DNA from: Parcubacteria group bacterium
GTDB lineage: Bacteria > Patescibacteriota > Minisyncoccia > Phycocordibacterales > CALRBT01
Direction of reading: 5' to 3'
Assembly (NCBI GenBank): GCA_943354475.1
Contig: CALRBT010000004.1
Span: 1 to 56,874 of the forward strand
Length of the DNA stretch: 56,874 nt
The position numbers and the translations under genes were made by a program. Positions 56,349-56,874 of the stretch are shown here, piece after piece. Every line of letters starts with the position of its first letter. The first letter of the stretch is position 1. The notes under the pieces were generated by a model, which was not told where the DNA came from, ran no database searches, and was given only the letters and a program-made list of their open reading frames with translations.

Positions 56349-56874
56349 ACATTGTGATCAAAAAATCTTTCAATGCTGCAAATGGTTTGATTTGCAAATA
56401 CGTTTTCTGGTCGTCTTCTTCGCTCAGCTGCGCCCGAGTGACCTTGTATCCATCTGGAATAAAGAGCCTATCCCAGCCGTAGCCTTTTTCGCCAGCGGGA
56501 GTTTCTGCAATCTCACCACCAAGACTTCCTTCAAATAATTTCAGAATCTTACCGTCGTAATACCCAAAAACACACCTTGCGGTCGCTCGACGAGTTTTTC
56601 CATGTAGCATCGAGCAAATTGTCTCAAACGGTACTTTGTCGACAAAGAACTTGATGAATGGACCAGGTAGACTATTTAGAGCTTCAAACTCTAGAGAGAC
56701 ATCCTCAACAATCACTGGGGTTTTAATTTTGTCGTATGCTTGGCGAACCTTGTGCCCCACTATTTCTTTGAGGTCTAAAGACTGGATCTCATCCAGATCG
56801 AGCTTCAGGTGTTTTACAGGCAACCCCAAATATTTGGCCAAGTAGTCAGCCTTGTTCTGGTTGCCGGTTATGAA
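56347..56874 (-). CDS. Ham1/ITPase-family non-canonical purine NTP pyrophosphatase (5' end outside the window)
   Basis: FITGNQNK at the window edge; EIQS, VIVEDVSL, LPGPFIK and YGWD motifs. Confidence 0.88.
   Translation of the reverse strand, partial: FITGNQNKADYLAKYLGLPVKHLKLDLDEIQSLDLKEIVGHKVRQAYDKIKTPVIVEDVSLEFEALNSLPGPFIKFFVDKVPFETICSMLHGKTRRATARCVFGYYDGKILKLFEGSLGGEIAETPAGEKGYGWDRLFIPDGYKVTRAQLSEEDDQKTYLQIKPFAALKDFLITM

Noticed and set aside
1-56874. CRISPR array, rRNA gene, prophage or IS transposase
   Set aside because: There are no regularly spaced direct repeats with unique spacers, no rRNA signatures and no phage structural or transposase ORFs; the five palindromic elements are dispersed, not arrayed.
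1-56874. Alternative genetic code (TGA read as Gly or Trp)
   Set aside because: fusA ends in TGA at the expected position, and conserved genes are full length under code 11.

Overview
Bacterial chromosomal window, most likely from a Patescibacteria (CPR, Parcubacteria-like) genome. Support: no uL30 gene between rpsE and rplO, Lys/Ala-rich r-protein extensions, a typical coupling-protein-like ATPase and a TrmB-like regulator; TGA is used as a stop, so code 11. The left half is the fusA-tuf-S10-spc-secY-adk-map cluster. It is interrupted after rpsJ, after rplE and after secY by accessory inserts that mostly carry their own predicted promoters and terminators. These inserts include a roughly 420-nt highly structured non-coding RNA candidate next to a Cys-His-Asp (transglutaminase-like) ORF, and a RelBE-type toxin-antitoxin pair. 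The right half has ndk, a 6S-like RNA, a beta-CASP nuclease, a gingipain-like surface protein and infC-rpmI-rplT. It also has an 8.3-kb island (type I restriction-modification plus a large serine recombinase) integrated at the 3' end of tmRNA, then smpB, ftsH, a MacAB-like ABC exporter, a rare tRNA-Ile(UAU), recG, AlaX and an ITPase. The strongest leads are four. (i) The island's attachment site lies inside the recombinase ORF, so excision would swap the enzyme's C-terminal tail. (ii) A five-copy, roughly 125-bp palindromic element with co-varying outer stems occurs in gene leaders and inside the tmRNA gene. (iii) The unclassified large structured RNA inside the S10 cluster. (iv) An HsdR with an extra carboxypeptidase-regulatory-like domain. 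All calls come from reading motifs and base pairing by eye; no database search or folding program was run.
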